Origin: Escherichia coli
GTDB lineage: Bacteria > Pseudomonadota > Gammaproteobacteria > Enterobacterales > Enterobacteriaceae
Assembly (NCBI RefSeq): GCF_024502345.1
Contig: NZ_JALDNN010000001.1
Strand: one strand, 5' to 3'
DNA length: 64,000 bases
Part shown: piece by piece, positions 23,991 through 35,845 of the stretch
Numbering within the stretch: the stretch's first letter is position 1
Layout of the letters: each line of letters opens with the position of its first letter
Program-made: the position numbers and the translations under genes
Notes under the pieces: model-generated
What the model saw: the letters and a program-made list of their open reading frames with translations, nothing else
What the model was told of the DNA's origin: nothing
The model's database searches: none

Positions 23991-26900
23991 ATGTTAAGGG
24001 TCTACCATTCCAATCGTCTGGACGTGCTGGAAGCGTTGATGGAGTTTATTGTCGAACGCGAACGGCTGGACGATCCTTTCGAACCAGAGATGATTCTGGT
24101 GCAAAGTACCGGTATGGCGCAGTGGCTGCAAATGACCCTGTCGCAAAAGTTTGGTATTGCGGCAAACATTGATTTTCCGCTGCCAGCGAGCTTTATCTGG
24201 GATATGTTCGTCCGGGTGTTACCGGAAATCCCCAAAGAGAGCGCCTTTAACAAACAGAGCATGAGCTGGAAACTGATGACTCTGCTGCCGCAATTGCTGG
24301 AGCGCGAAGACTTTACCCTGTTGCGGCATTATCTGACTGACGATAGCGACAAGCGAAAACTGTTCCAGCTTTCCTCAAAAGCGGCGGACCTGTTTGACCA
24401 GTATCTGGTCTATCGTCCGGACTGGCTGGCACAGTGGGAAACAGGACATTTGGTTGAAGGGCTGGGAGAAGCACAGGCCTGGCAAGCCCCGTTGTGGAAG
24501 GCGCTGGTGGAATATACCCATCAACTCGGGCAACCGCGCTGGCACCGCGCCAATCTCTATCAGCGCTTTATCGAAACGCTGGAGTCCGCGACGACCTGCC
24601 CGCCGGGGTTACCTTCGCGCGTCTTTATATGCGGTATTTCCGCGTTACCGCCTGTTTATCTCCAGGCGCTACAGGCGCTGGGTAAACATATTGAAATCCA
24701 TCTCCTGTTTACCAACCCCTGCCGTTATTACTGGGGCGATATTAAAGATCCTGCTTATCTGGCGAAACTGCTGACTCGTCAGCGTCGACACAGTTTTGAA
24801 GATCGCGAATTGCCGCTATTTCGCGATAGCGAAAATGCCGGACAGCTCTTTAACAGCGATGGTGAACAGGATGTCGGCAACCCGCTGCTGGCCTCATGGG
24901 GGAAGCTTGGGCGCGACTACATTTATCTCCTTTCTGACCTGGAGAGCAGCCAGGAGCTGGACGCTTTTGTCGATGTGACGCCAGATAACCTGCTGCATAA
25001 CATTCAGTCTGACATTCTGGAACTGGAAAACCGCGCCGTTGCGGGTGTGAACATCGAAGAGTTTTCCCGTAGCGATAACAAACGCCCGCTTGATCCACTG
25101 GATAGCAGTATCACATTCCACGTTTGCCATAGCCCGCAGCGTGAAGTTGAAGTTTTACACGATCGCTTGCTGGCGATGCTGGAGGAAGACCCGACACTTA
25201 CTCCGCGCGACATCATCGTGATGGTGGCTGATATCGACAGCTACAGTCCGTTTATTCAGGCAGTGTTTGGTAGCGCACCTGCGGATCGTTACCTGCCTTA
25301 CGCCATTTCCGACCGTCGTGCGCGGCAGTCACATCCGGTACTGGAAGCGTTTATCAGCCTGTTATCACTGCCTGACAGTCGCTTTGTGTCAGAGGATGTG
25401 CTGGCGCTGCTGGATGTGCCGGTGCTGGCGGCGCGGTTTGACATCACCGAAGAAGGGCTGCGTTATTTACGCCAGTGGGTCAACGAGTCCGGCATTCGTT
25501 GGGGGATAGATGACGACAACGTTCGCGAGCTGGAACTCCCCGCTACCGGTCAACACACCTGGCGGTTTGGCCTGACGCGCATGTTGCTGGGTTACGCGAT
25601 GGAGAGCGCGCAGGGCGAGTGGCAATCGGTTCTACCTTATGATGAATCGAGCGGCTTAATTGCAGAACTGGTGGGGCATCTGGCTTCCCTGCTAATGCAG
25701 CTAAACATCTGGCGTCGCGGGCTGGCACAGGAGCGTCCGCTAGAAGAGTGGTTGCCGGTTTGTCGCGATATGCTCAACGCCTTCTTCCTGCCGGATGCGG
25801 AAACCGAAGCGGCGATGACGCTGATCGAACAACAATGGCAGGCGATTATCGCCGAAGGTTTAGGTGCGCAGTATGGCGACGCGGTGCCGCTGTCACTATT
25901 GCGTGATGAACTGGCACAGCGTCTGGATCAAGAACGTATCAGCCAGCGTTTTCTCGCCGGACCGGTTAACATTTGTACTCTGATGCCAATGCGTTCAATT
26001 CCGTTCAAAGTGGTTTGCCTGCTGGGAATGAACGACGGCGTTTATCCACGTCAGCTTGCGCCATTGGGCTTTGACCTGATGAGCCAGAAACCGAAGCGTG
26101 GCGACCGTAGCCGTCGCGATGACGACCGCTACCTGTTCCTGGAAGCGTTAATTTCCGCGCAGCAAAAACTCTATATCAGCTATATCGGGCGTTCCATTCA
26201 GGATAACAGTGAACGTTTCCCGTCGGTACTGGTGCAGGAACTGATCGACTACATCGGGCAAAGTCATTATCTACCGGGCGATGAAGCGCTCAACTGTGAT
26301 GAAAGCGAGGCAAGGGTAAAAGCGCATCTTACTTGCCTCCATACCCGGATGCCGTTTGATCCGCAAAACTACCAGCCAGGCGAACGACAAAGCTATGCTC
26401 GTGAATGGCTACCTGCGGCCAGCCAGGCTGGTAAAGCACATTCTGAATTTGTTCAGCCGCTGCCGTTTACCTTACCGGAAACCGTGCCGCTGGAAACGCT
26501 ACAACGATTCTGGGCACATCCGGTGCGGGCGTTCTTCCAGATGCGTTTGCAGGTGAACTTCCGTACTGAAGACAGCGAAATCCCAGACACCGAGCCATTT
26601 ATTCTGGAAGGGCTTAGCCGTTATCAAATCAATCAGCAGTTATTGAATGCACTGGTTGAGCAGGATGATGCCGAACGCTTGTTCCGCCGCTTCCGGGCGG
26701 CAGGGGATTTACCGTATGGCGCTTTTGGTGAAATTTTCTGGGAAACACAGTGCCAGGAGATGCAGCAGCTTGCCGACAGAGTCATTGCCTGTCGCCAGCC
26801 TGGGCAGAGTATGGAAATTGATCTCGCCTGCAACGGTGTGCAGATAACTGGCTGGTTGCCGCAGGTGCAGCCGGATGGCCTGTTGCGCTGGCGTCCCTCT

Positions 26901-27359
26901 TTATTAAGTGTGGCGCAGGGAATGCAACTTTGGCTGGAACACCTTGTCTACTGTGCCAGCGGTGGTAATGGTGAAAGTCGCCTTTTTCTACGCAAAGACG
27001 GCGAGTGGCGTTTTCCGCCGCTTGCAGCCGAACAGGCTTTGCATTACCTCTCACAACTGATTGAGGGGTATCGTGAAGGGATGTCCGCGCCATTGCTGGT
27101 GTTACCTGAAAGTGGCGGCGCGTGGCTAAAAACCTGTTATGACGCGCAAAACGATGCCATGCTGGATGACGATTCCACGTTGCAAAAAGCCCGTACGAAA
27201 TTCCTTCAGGCTTACGAAGGCAACATGATGGTGCGTGGCGAAGGTGATGATATCTGGTATCAAAGGCTCTGGCGGCAATTAACACCAGAGACAATGGAGG
27301 CCATCGTTGAACAGTCGCAACGTTTCCTGTTACCGCTGTTTCGCTTTAATCAGTCATGA
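23991..27359 (+). CDS. recC: Exodeoxyribonuclease V gamma subunit
   Basis: 1122 aa. Confidence 0.95.
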   Translation: MLRVYHSNRLDVLEALMEFIVERERLDDPFEPEMILVQSTGMAQWLQMTLSQKFGIAANIDFPLPASFIWDMFVRVLPEIPKESAFNKQSMSWKLMTLLPQLLEREDFTLLRHYLTDDSDKRKLFQLSSKAADLFDQYLVYRPDWLAQWETGHLVEGLGEAQAWQAPLWKALVEYTHQLGQPRWHRANLYQRFIETLESATTCPPGLPSRVFICGISALPPVYLQALQALGKHIEIHLLFTNPCRYYWGDIKDPAYLAKLLTRQRRHSFEDRELPLFRDSENAGQLFNSDGEQDVGNPLLASWGKLGRDYIYLLSDLESSQELDAFVDVTPDNLLHNIQSDILELENRAVAGVNIEEFSRSDNKRPLDPLDSSITFHVCHSPQREVEVLHDRLLAMLEEDPTLTPRDIIVMVADIDSYSPFIQAVFGSAPADRYLPYAISDRRARQSHPVLEAFISLLSLPDSRFVSEDVLALLDVPVLAARFDITEEGLRYLRQWVNESGIRWGIDDDNVRELELPATGQHTWRFGLTRMLLGYAMESAQGEWQSVLPYDESSGLIAELVGHLASLLMQLNIWRRGLAQERPLEEWLPVCRDMLNAFFLPDAETEAAMTLIEQQWQAIIAEGLGAQYGDAVPLSLLRDELAQRLDQERISQRFLAGPVNICTLMPMRSIPFKVVCLLGMNDGVYPRQLAPLGFDLMSQKPKRGDRSRRDDDRYLFLEALISAQQKLYISYIGRSIQDNSERFPSVLVQELIDYIGQSHYLPGDEALNCDESEARVKAHLTCLHTRMPFDPQNYQPGERQSYAREWLPAASQAGKAHSEFVQPLPFTLPETVPLETLQRFWAHPVRAFFQMRLQVNFRTEDSEIPDTEPFILEGLSRYQINQQLLNALVEQDDAERLFRRFRAAGDLPYGAFGEIFWETQCQEMQQLADRVIACRQPGQSMEIDLACNGVQITGWLPQVQPDGLLRWRPSLLSVAQGMQLWLEHLVYCASGGNGESRLFLRKDGEWRFPPLAAEQALHYLSQLIEGYREGMSAPLLVLPESGGAWLKTCYDAQNDAMLDDDSTLQKARTKFLQAYEGNMMVRGEGDDIWYQRLWRQLTPETMEAIVEQSQRFLLPLFRFNQS

Positions 27360-27534
27360 GTGCTGTATAAAAATTGCGCAATCTATCCGCTTACTTTATG
27401 ATGCGCACCAGTCACGGACTGATGGTTATATAAACATAGGCTGACTCGTGCAGCACAAGATTAAATTCTGGCAGATGATTTGCGTTAACGTGTTGAATCT
27501 GGACAGAAAATTAAGTTGATTATGAGGTCCGTGA

Positions 27535-30423
27535 ATGCCCCGCAGCACCTGGTTCAAAGCATTATTGTTGTTAGTTGCCCTTTGGGCACCCTTAAGTCAG
27601 GCAGAAACGGGATGGCAGCCGATTCAGGAAACCATCCGTAAAAGTGATAAAGATAACCGCCAGTATCAGGCTATACGTCTGGATAACGGTATGGTGGTCT
27701 TGCTGGTTTCTGATCCGCAGGCAGTTAAATCGCTCTCGGCGCTGGTGGTGCCCGTTGGGTCGCTGGAAGATCCCGAGGCGTACCAGGGGCTGGCACATTA
27801 CCTTGAACATATGAGTCTGATGGGGTCGAAAAAGTACCCGCAGGCTGACAGTCTGGCCGAATATCTCAAAATGCACGGCGGTAGTCACAATGCCAGCACT
27901 GCGCCGTATCGCACGGCTTTCTATCTGGAAGTTGAGAACGACGCCTTGCCTGGTGCGGTAGACCGCCTGGCTGATGCTATTGCAGAACCCTTGCTCGACA
28001 AGAAATACGCCGAACGTGAGCGTAATGCAGTGAACGCTGAATTAACCATGGCGCGTACGCGTGACGGGATGCGCATGGCACAGGTCAGCGCAGAAACCAT
28101 TAACCCGGCACACCCCGGTTCAAAGTTTTCTGGTGGTAACCTCGAAACTTTAAGCGACAAACCTGGTAATCCGGTGCAGCAGGCGCTGAAAGATTTCCAC
28201 GAGAAGTACTATTCCGCCAATCTGATGAAGGCGGTTATTTACAGCAATAAACCGCTGCCGGAGTTGGCAAAAATGGCGGCGGACACCTTTGGTCGCGTGC
28301 CGAACAAAGAGAGCAAAAAACCGGAAATCACCGTGCCGGTAGTCACCGACGCGCAAAAGGGCATTATCATTCATTACGTCCCGGCGCTGCCGCGTAAAGT
28401 GTTGCGCGTAGAGTTTCGTATTGATAACAACTCGGCGAAATTCCGTAGCAAAACCGATGAATTGATTACCTATCTGATTGGTAATCGCAGCCCAGGTACA
28501 CTTTCCGACTGGCTGCAAAAGCAGGGATTAGTTGAGGGCATTAGCGCCAACTCCGATCCTATCGTCAACGGCAACAGCGGCGTATTAGCGATCTCTGCGT
28601 CTTTAACCGATAAAGGTCTGGCGAATCGCGATCAGGTTGTGGCGGCTATTTTTAGCTACCTCAATTTGTTACGTGAAAAAGGGATCGATAAACAATACTT
28701 CGATGAACTGGCGAATGTGCTGGATATCGACTTCCGTTATCCGTCAATCACCCGTGATATGGATTACGTCGAATGGCTGGCAGATACCATGATTCGCGTT
28801 CCTGTTGAGCATACGCTGGATGCAGTCAATATTGCCGATCGGTACGATGCTAAAGCAGTAAAGGAACGTCTGGCGATGATGACGCCGCAGAATGCGCGTA
28901 TCTGGTATATCAGCCCGAAAGAGCCGCACAACAAAACGGCTTACTTTGTCGATGCGCCGTATCAGGTCGATAAAATCAGCGCACAAACTTTCGCCGACTG
29001 GCAGAAAAAAGCCGCCGACATTGCGCTCTCTTTGCCAGAGCTTAACCCTTATATTCCTGACGATTTCTCGCTGATTAAGTCAGAGAAGAAATACGACCAT
29101 CCAGAGCTGATTGTTGATGAGTCGAATCTGCGCGTGGTGTATGCGCCAAGCCGTTATTTTTCCAGCGAACCCAAAGCTGATGTCAGCCTGATTTTGCGTA
29201 ATCCGAAAGCCATGGACAGCGCCAGCAATCAGGTGATGTTTGCGCTCAATGATTATCTCGCAGGGCTGGCGCTTGATCAGTTAAGCAACCAGGCGTCGGT
29301 TGGTGGCATAAGTTTTTCCACCAACGCTAACAACGGCCTTATGGTTAATGCTAATGGTTACACCCAGCGTCTGCCGCAGCTGTTCCAGGCATTGCTCGAG
29401 GGCTACTTTAACTATACCGCTACGGAAGATCAGCTTGAGCAGGCGAAGTCCTGGTATAACCAGATGATGGATTCCGCAGAAAAGGGTAAAGCGTTTGAGC
29501 AGGCGATTATGCCCGCGCAGATGCTCTCGCAAGTGCCGTACTTCTCGCGAGATGAACGGCGTAAAATTTTGCCCTCCATTACGTTGAAAGAGGTGCTGGC
29601 TTATCGCGACGCCTTAAAATCAGGGGCTCGACCAGAGTTTATGGTTATCGGCAACATGACCGAGGCCCAGGCAACAACGCTGGCACGCGATGTGCAAAAA
29701 CAGTTGGGCGCTGATGGTTCAGAGTGGTGTCGAAACAAAGATGTAGTGGTCGATAAAAAACAATCCGTCATCTTTGAAAAAGCTGGTAACAGCACCGACT
29801 CCGCACTGGCAGCGGTATTTGTACCGACTGGCTACGATGAATACACCAGCTCAGCCTATAGCTCTCTGTTGGGGCAGATCGTACAGCCGTGGTTCTACAA
29901 TCAGTTGCGTACTGAAGAACAATTGGGCTATGCCGTGTTTGCATTTCCAATGAGCGTGGGGCGTCAGTGGGGCATGGGCTTCCTTTTGCAAAGCAATGAT
30001 AAACAGCCTTCCTTCTTGTGGGAGCGTTACAAGGCGTTTTTCCCAACCGCAGAGGCAAAATTGCGGGCGATGAAGCCAGAAGAGTTTGCGCAAATCCAGC
30101 AGGCGGTAATTACCCAGATGCTGCAGGCACCGCAAACGCTCGGCGAAGAAGCATCGAAGTTAAGTAAAGATTTCGATCGCGGCAATATGCGCTTCGATTC
30201 GCGTGATAAAATCGTGGCCCAGATAAAACTGCTGACGCCGCAAAAACTTGCTGATTTCTTCCATCAGGCGGTGGTCGAGCCGCAAGGCATGGCTATTCTG
30301 TCGCAGATTTCCGGCAGCCAGAACGGGAAAGCCGAATATGTGCATCCTGAAGGCTGGAAAGTGTGGGAGAACGTCAGCGCGTTGCAGCAAACAATGCCCC
30401 TGATGAGTGAAAAGAATGAGTGA
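27535..30423 (+). CDS. ptrA: Protease III (pitrilysin), periplasmic M16 zinc peptidase
   Basis: 962 aa; signal peptide; HYLEH zinc motif. Confidence 0.95.
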   Translation: MPRSTWFKALLLLVALWAPLSQAETGWQPIQETIRKSDKDNRQYQAIRLDNGMVVLLVSDPQAVKSLSALVVPVGSLEDPEAYQGLAHYLEHMSLMGSKKYPQADSLAEYLKMHGGSHNASTAPYRTAFYLEVENDALPGAVDRLADAIAEPLLDKKYAERERNAVNAELTMARTRDGMRMAQVSAETINPAHPGSKFSGGNLETLSDKPGNPVQQALKDFHEKYYSANLMKAVIYSNKPLPELAKMAADTFGRVPNKESKKPEITVPVVTDAQKGIIIHYVPALPRKVLRVEFRIDNNSAKFRSKTDELITYLIGNRSPGTLSDWLQKQGLVEGISANSDPIVNGNSGVLAISASLTDKGLANRDQVVAAIFSYLNLLREKGIDKQYFDELANVLDIDFRYPSITRDMDYVEWLADTMIRVPVEHTLDAVNIADRYDAKAVKERLAMMTPQNARIWYISPKEPHNKTAYFVDAPYQVDKISAQTFADWQKKAADIALSLPELNPYIPDDFSLIKSEKKYDHPELIVDESNLRVVYAPSRYFSSEPKADVSLILRNPKAMDSASNQVMFALNDYLAGLALDQLSNQASVGGISFSTNANNGLMVNANGYTQRLPQLFQALLEGYFNYTATEDQLEQAKSWYNQMMDSAEKGKAFEQAIMPAQMLSQVPYFSRDERRKILPSITLKEVLAYRDALKSGARPEFMVIGNMTEAQATTLARDVQKQLGADGSEWCRNKDVVVDKKQSVIFEKAGNSTDSALAAVFVPTGYDEYTSSAYSSLLGQIVQPWFYNQLRTEEQLGYAVFAFPMSVGRQWGMGFLLQSNDKQPSFLWERYKAFFPTAEAKLRAMKPEEFAQIQQAVITQMLQAPQTLGEEASKLSKDFDRGNMRFDSRDKIVAQIKLLTPQKLADFFHQAVVEPQGMAILSQISGSQNGKAEYVHPEGWKVWENVSALQQTMPLMSEKNE

Positions 30424-33400
30424 TGTCGCCGAGACACTAGATCCTTTGCGCTTGCCCTTACAGGGCGAGCGCCTGATTGAAGCCTCTGCCGGCACAGGCA
30501 AAACCTTTACGATTGCAGCGCTCTATTTGCGCCTGTTACTTGGACTAGGCGGTTCCGCCGCCTTTCCCCGCCCGCTGACCGTTGAAGAACTGCTGGTGGT
30601 CACCTTTACCGAGGCTGCCACGGCAGAATTGCGCGGTCGTATCCGTAGCAATATCCACGAGTTGCGCATCGCCTGTCTGCGTGAAACCACCGACAATCCA
30701 CTGTACGAACGCCTGCTGGAAGAGATCGACGATAAAGCGCAAGCCGCGCAGTGGTTGTTGTTAGCCGAACGGCAGATGGACGAAGCGGCAGTCTTTACTA
30801 TTCACGGCTTTTGCCAGCGCATGCTCAACCTGAATGCCTTTGAATCCGGCATGCTGTTTGAGCAGCAGCTGATTGAAGATGAGTCTCTGCTACGCTACCA
30901 GGCCTGCGCCGATTTCTGGCGTCGCCACTGCTACCCGCTGCCGCGTGAAATAGCCCAGGTCGTCTTTGAAACCTGGGAAGGGCCGCAGGCGTTGCTGCGC
31001 GATATTAATCGTTATCTGCAAGGCGAAGCGCCGGTTATCAAAGCACCGCCGCCCGATGATGAAACGCTGGCTTCCCGCCACGCGCAAATTGTGGCGCGTA
31101 TTGATACGGTAAAACAGCAGTGGCGCGACGCAGTGGGTGAACTGGATGCGCTGATCGAATCTTCTGGTATTGATCGACGCAAGTTTAACCGTAGCAATCA
31201 GGCTAAATGGATCGACAAGATCAGCGCCTGGGCAGAAGAAGAGACCAACAGTTATCAGTTGCCAGAGTCGCTGGAAAAATTCTCCCAGCGTTTCTTAGAA
31301 GATCGCACGAAAGCCGGGGGGGAAACCCCGCGACATCCACTGTTTGAGGCGATCGATCAACTGCTTGCAGAACCATTGTCGATCCGCGATCTGGTGATCA
31401 CCCGCGCATTGGCTGAGATCCGCGAAACAGTAGCGCGTGAAAAACGCCGCCGTGGCGAATTGGGTTTTGATGACATGTTAAGTCGGCTCGATTCCGCGCT
31501 GCGTAGCGAAAGCGGTGAGGTGTTGGCAGCGGCGATCCGTACGCGATTCCCGGTGGCAATGATCGATGAATTTCAGGATACCGACCCCCAGCAGTACCGA
31601 ATTTTTCGCCGTATCTGGCACCATCAGCCGGAAACCGCATTGTTGCTGATTGGCGACCCGAAGCAGGCCATATATGCATTCCGGGGTGCGGATATCTTCA
31701 CTTATATGAAGGCGCGTAGCGAAGTTCACGCCCACTACACTTTAGACACCAACTGGCGTTCCGCACCAGGAATGGTGAACAGCGTGAATAAGCTTTTCAG
31801 CCAGACTGATGACGCGTTCATGTTTCGCGAAATACCGTTTATTCCAGTGAAATCAGCCGGGAAAAATCAGGCGTTACGTTTTGTATTTAAAGGTGAAACG
31901 CAGCCTGCGATGAAAATGTGGCTGATGGAAGGCGAAAGCTGCGGCGTTGGCGATTATCAAAGTACCATGGCGCAGGTATGTGCTGCGCAAATCCGCGACT
32001 GGCTACAAGCCGGACAGCGGGGCGAAGCGTTGCTGATGAACGGCGACGACGCGCGTCCGGTGCGTGCTTCGGACATCAGTGTGCTGGTGCGCAGCCGCCA
32101 GGAGGCCGCCCAGGTGCGCGATGCCTTAACGTTGCTGGAAATCCCTTCCGTTTACCTTTCGAACCGCGACAGTGTTTTTGAAACTCTGGAAGCGCAGGAA
32201 ATGCTTTGGTTGTTGCAGGCGGTGATGACGCCCGAACGTGAGAACACCCTGCGCAGTGCGCTGGCAACGTCAATGATGGGGCTGAATGCGCTGGATATTG
32301 AAACGCTGAACAATGACGAACATGCGTGGGATGCGGTAGTTGAAGAGTTCGATGGTTATCGGCAAATCTGGCGCAAACGTGGCGTTATGCCGATGCTGCG
32401 GGCGCTGATGTCGGCGCGTAACATTGCAGAAAACTTGCTGGCAACGGCAGGCGGTGAGCGGCGTCTTACCGATATCTTGCATATCAGCGAACTGCTTCAA
32501 GAAGCCGGAACGCAGCTGGAAAGTGAACATGCGCTGGTACGCTGGTTATCGCAACATATCCTCGAGCCAGACAGTAATGCCTCCAGCCAACAAATGCGCC
32601 TCGAAAGTGATAAACATCTGGTGCAGATTGTCACGATCCATAAATCAAAAGGGCTGGAATATCCGCTTGTCTGGTTGCCATTTATTACCAATTTCCGCGT
32701 CCAGGATCAGGCGTTTTATCACGATCGCCACTCGTTTGAGGCTGTTCTGGATCTTAACGCTGCGCCAGAAAGTGTCGATCTCGCGGAGGCCGAACGTCTG
32801 GCGGAAGATCTGCGTTTGCTTTACGTGGCGCTGACGCGTTCGGTTTGGCATTGCAGTCTCGGCGTTGCACCGCTGGTGCGCCGTCGTGGCGATAAAAAAG
32901 GTGACACCGACGTCCACCAAAGTGCGCTCGGGCGTTTGCTGCAAAAAGGGGAACCGCAAGATGCGGCAGGGCTTCGCACCTGTATTGAAGCGTTATGCGA
33001 TGATGATATTGCCTGGCAAACGGCACAAACTGGTGATAACCAGCCCTGGCAGGTTAATGATGTTTTAACTGCAGAACTGAATGCGAGGACGCTACAACGA
33101 TTGCCCGGCGATAACTGGCGTGTCACCAGCTACTCCGGTTTGCAGCAGCGTGGTCACGGTATCGCTCAGGATCTGATGCCACGGCTGGATGTTGATGCCG
33201 CAGGCGTGGTCAGCGTCGTTGAAGAACCGACGTTAACACCGCATCAGTTCCCGCGCGGTGCGTCACCGGGGACATTCTTGCACAGTTTGTTTGAAGACCT
33301 CGATTTTACCCAGCCGGTTGACCCGAACTGGGTGCGGGAAAAACTGGAACTCGGCGGCTTTGAATCGCAGTGGGAACCGGTATTGACCGAGTGGATCACG

Positions 33401-33958
33401 GCTGTCCTCCAGGCACCTCTCAATGAAACCGGCGTAAGCCTGAGTCAACTTTCCGCCCGCAATAAACAGGTGGAGATGGAGTTTTATCTGCCGATTAGTG
33501 AACCGCTTATCGCCAGTCAGCTTGATACGTTAATCCGCCAGTTTGACCCGCTATCCGCTGGCTGCCCGCCGCTGGAGTTCATGCAGGTACGCGGCATGTT
33601 AAAAGGCTTTATCGACCTGGTGTTCCGCCACGAAGGGCGTTATTACCTGCTCGACTATAAATCCAACTGGTTGGGTGAAGACAGTTCGGCTTACACCCAA
33701 CAGGCTATGGCAGCGGCAATGCAGGCACACCGCTATGATCTGCAATATCAGCTTTATACCCTGGCGCTGCACCGTTATCTGCGCCATCGCATTGCTGATT
33801 ACGACTATGAGCGCCACTTTGGCGGCGTTATTTATCTGTTCCTGCGTGGTGTTGATAAAGAACATCCGCAACAAGGGATTTACACAACCCGCCCCAACGC
33901 CGGGTTGATTGACCTGATGGATGAGATGTTTGCCGGTATGACTCTGGAGGAGGCGTAA
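30416..33958 (+). CDS. recB: Exodeoxyribonuclease V beta subunit (helicase-nuclease)
   Basis: 1180 aa from ATG 30416 ([11 protein letters not shown]..); Walker A GTGKT; overlaps the ptrA stop. Confidence 0.95.
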   Translation: MSDVAETLDPLRLPLQGERLIEASAGTGKTFTIAALYLRLLLGLGGSAAFPRPLTVEELLVVTFTEAATAELRGRIRSNIHELRIACLRETTDNPLYERLLEEIDDKAQAAQWLLLAERQMDEAAVFTIHGFCQRMLNLNAFESGMLFEQQLIEDESLLRYQACADFWRRHCYPLPREIAQVVFETWEGPQALLRDINRYLQGEAPVIKAPPPDDETLASRHAQIVARIDTVKQQWRDAVGELDALIESSGIDRRKFNRSNQAKWIDKISAWAEEETNSYQLPESLEKFSQRFLEDRTKAGGETPRHPLFEAIDQLLAEPLSIRDLVITRALAEIRETVAREKRRRGELGFDDMLSRLDSALRSESGEVLAAAIRTRFPVAMIDEFQDTDPQQYRIFRRIWHHQPETALLLIGDPKQAIYAFRGADIFTYMKARSEVHAHYTLDTNWRSAPGMVNSVNKLFSQTDDAFMFREIPFIPVKSAGKNQALRFVFKGETQPAMKMWLMEGESCGVGDYQSTMAQVCAAQIRDWLQAGQRGEALLMNGDDARPVRASDISVLVRSRQEAAQVRDALTLLEIPSVYLSNRDSVFETLEAQEMLWLLQAVMTPERENTLRSALATSMMGLNALDIETLNNDEHAWDAVVEEFDGYRQIWRKRGVMPMLRALMSARNIAENLLATAGGERRLTDILHISELLQEAGTQLESEHALVRWLSQHILEPDSNASSQQMRLESDKHLVQIVTIHKSKGLEYPLVWLPFITNFRVQDQAFYHDRHSFEAVLDLNAAPESVDLAEAERLAEDLRLLYVALTRSVWHCSLGVAPLVRRRGDKKGDTDVHQSALGRLLQKGEPQDAAGLRTCIEALCDDDIAWQTAQTGDNQPWQVNDVLTAELNARTLQRLPGDNWRVTSYSGLQQRGHGIAQDLMPRLDVDAAGVVSVVEEPTLTPHQFPRGASPGTFLHSLFEDLDFTQPVDPNWVREKLELGGFESQWEPVLTEWITAVLQAPLNETGVSLSQLSARNKQVEMEFYLPISEPLIASQLDTLIRQFDPLSAGCPPLEFMQVRGMLKGFIDLVFRHEGRYYLLDYKSNWLGEDSSAYTQQAMAAAMQAHRYDLQYQLYTLALHRYLRHRIADYDYERHFGGVIYLFLRGVDKEHPQQGIYTTRPNAGLIDLMDEMFAGMTLEEA

Positions 33959-35784
33959 TGAAATTGCAAAAGCAATTACTGGAAGCTGTGGAGCACAAAC
34001 AGCTACGCCCGCTGGACGTGCAGTTTGCCCTGACCGTGGCGGGAGATGAACATCCTGCCGTCACCCTCGCGGCGGCACTGTTAAGTCATGATGCCGGAGA
34101 GGGACACGTTTGTTTGCCGCTTTCACGACTGGAAAATAATGAGGAGTCGCATCCGCTGTTGGCGACCTGTGTCAGTGAAATCGGTGAGCTACAAAATTGG
34201 GAAGAATGCTTGCTGGCTTCACAAGCGGTCAGCCGGGGAGATGAACCCACGCCGATGATCCTCTGTGGCGATCGTCTTTATTTGAATCGCATGTGGTGTA
34301 ACGAGCGGACGGTAGCGCGCTTCTTCAATGAGGTGAATCATGCCATCGAGGTGGATGAAGCCTTGTTGGCGCAAACCCTGGATAAACTCTTTCCGACTGG
34401 TGATGAAATTAACTGGCAAAAAGTGGCGGCAGCAGTGGCGCTGACGCGGCGGATCTCGGTGATTTCCGGCGGCCCTGGCACCGGTAAAACGACCACCGTA
34501 GCGAAGTTGCTGGCAGCGTTAATTCAAATGGCCGACGGCGAACGCTGCCGTATCCGTCTGGCTGCACCAACGGGTAAAGCTGCCGCGCGCTTAACCGAAT
34601 CTCTCGGCAAGGCTTTGCGACAGTTACCGCTGACCGATGAACAAAAGAAACGCATTCCGGAAGATGCCAGTACTTTGCACCGATTGCTGGGTGCGCAGCC
34701 GGGTAGCCAGCGTTTACGTCATCATGCCGGTAACCCGCTGCATCTTGATGTGCTGGTGGTAGATGAAGCGTCAATGATCGATCTGCCTATGATGTCGAGA
34801 CTGATCGACGCCTTGCCCGATCATGCGCGAGTGATCTTTCTCGGCGATCGTGATCAACTGGCCTCGGTTGAGGCTGGGGCTGTGCTGGGCGATATCTGCG
34901 CTTATGCCAATGCCGGCTTTACCGCCGAGCGTGCCGGGCAGCTAAGCCGCCTGACGGGAACTCACGTTCCGGCAGGAACTGGCACAGAAGCGGCATCTTT
35001 GCGCGACAGTCTCTGCCTGCTGCAAAAAAGCTATCGTTTCGGCAGCGATTCTGGCATTGGTCAGTTAGCTTCGGCGATCAACCGTGGTGACAAAACGGCA
35101 GTGAAAACCGTTTTTCAGCAGGATTTTACTGATATTGAAAAACGGCTTTTACAGAGCGGCGAAGATTATATTGCGATGCTTGAGGAAGCTCTTGCGGGTT
35201 ATGGACGTTATCTGGATCTGCTGCAAGCGCGTGCCGAGCCGGATTTAATCATTCAGGCGTTCAATGAGTACCAACTTTTGTGCGCCCTGCGGGAAGGGCC
35301 GTTTGGCGTGGCTGGACTGAATGAGCGAATTGAGCAGTTTATGCAACAGAAGCGCAAAATTCATCGTCATCCGCACTCTCGTTGGTACGAAGGCCGACCG
35401 GTGATGATTGCCCGTAATGACAGCGCGCTTGGGTTGTTTAATGGCGATATCGGTATTGCGCTGGATCGCGGGCAGGGGACGCGCGTTTGGTTTGCGATGC
35501 CGGACGGCAATATTAAGTCTGTGCAACCGAGCCGCCTGCCAGAGCACGAAACGACGTGGGCGATGACGGTACATAAATCGCAGGGATCGGAGTTCGACCA
35601 TGCGGCGTTGATTTTACCGAGCCAACGCACGCCGGTAGTAACGCGAGAGCTGGTTTACACCGCAGTGACCCGCGCGCGTCGCCGTCTGTCGCTGTATGCC
35701 GATGAGCGTATATTAAGTGCGGCAATCGCCACTCGTACTGAGCGGCGCAGTGGTCTGGCGGCGTTGTTTAGTTCGCGGGAATAA
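33958..35784 (+). CDS. recD: Exodeoxyribonuclease V alpha subunit
   Basis: 608 aa; Walker [10 protein letters not shown]; ATG overlaps the recB stop (TAATG). Confidence 0.95.
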   Translation: MKLQKQLLEAVEHKQLRPLDVQFALTVAGDEHPAVTLAAALLSHDAGEGHVCLPLSRLENNEESHPLLATCVSEIGELQNWEECLLASQAVSRGDEPTPMILCGDRLYLNRMWCNERTVARFFNEVNHAIEVDEALLAQTLDKLFPTGDEINWQKVAAAVALTRRISVISGGPGTGKTTTVAKLLAALIQMADGERCRIRLAAPTGKAAARLTESLGKALRQLPLTDEQKKRIPEDASTLHRLLGAQPGSQRLRHHAGNPLHLDVLVVDEASMIDLPMMSRLIDALPDHARVIFLGDRDQLASVEAGAVLGDICAYANAGFTAERAGQLSRLTGTHVPAGTGTEAASLRDSLCLLQKSYRFGSDSGIGQLASAINRGDKTAVKTVFQQDFTDIEKRLLQSGEDYIAMLEEALAGYGRYLDLLQARAEPDLIIQAFNEYQLLCALREGPFGVAGLNERIEQFMQQKRKIHRHPHSRWYEGRPVMIARNDSALGLFNGDIGIALDRGQGTRVWFAMPDGNIKSVQPSRLPEHETTWAMTVHKSQGSEFDHAALILPSQRTPVVTRELVYTAVTRARRRLSLYADERILSAAIATRTERRSGLAALFSSRE

Positions 35785-35792
35785 ACGTAATT

Positions 35793-35833
35793 GCCGGATG
35801 CGACGTACGAGTGTTACGCATGTCGCATCCGGC
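35793..35833. repeat. REP-type palindrome / bidirectional terminator between convergent recD and argA
   Basis: GCCGGATGCGAC..GTCGCATCCGGC near-perfect hairpin. Confidence 0.7.
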
Positions 35834-35845
35834 GATTTTCGTCGC

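Noticed and set aside
26782-27294. 170-aa minus-strand ORF inside recC, and similar antisense ORFs inside ptrA, aas, fucI, fucO, mltA and recB
   Set aside because: All lie wholly within conserved genes on the opposite strand and have atypical composition; treated as frame shadows.
30407-30415. recB start at the track position 30407 (MKRMSDVAE)
   Set aside because: ATG at 30416 gives the expected 1180-aa RecB beginning MSDVAETLD; the upstream codons lie within the ptrA coding end.
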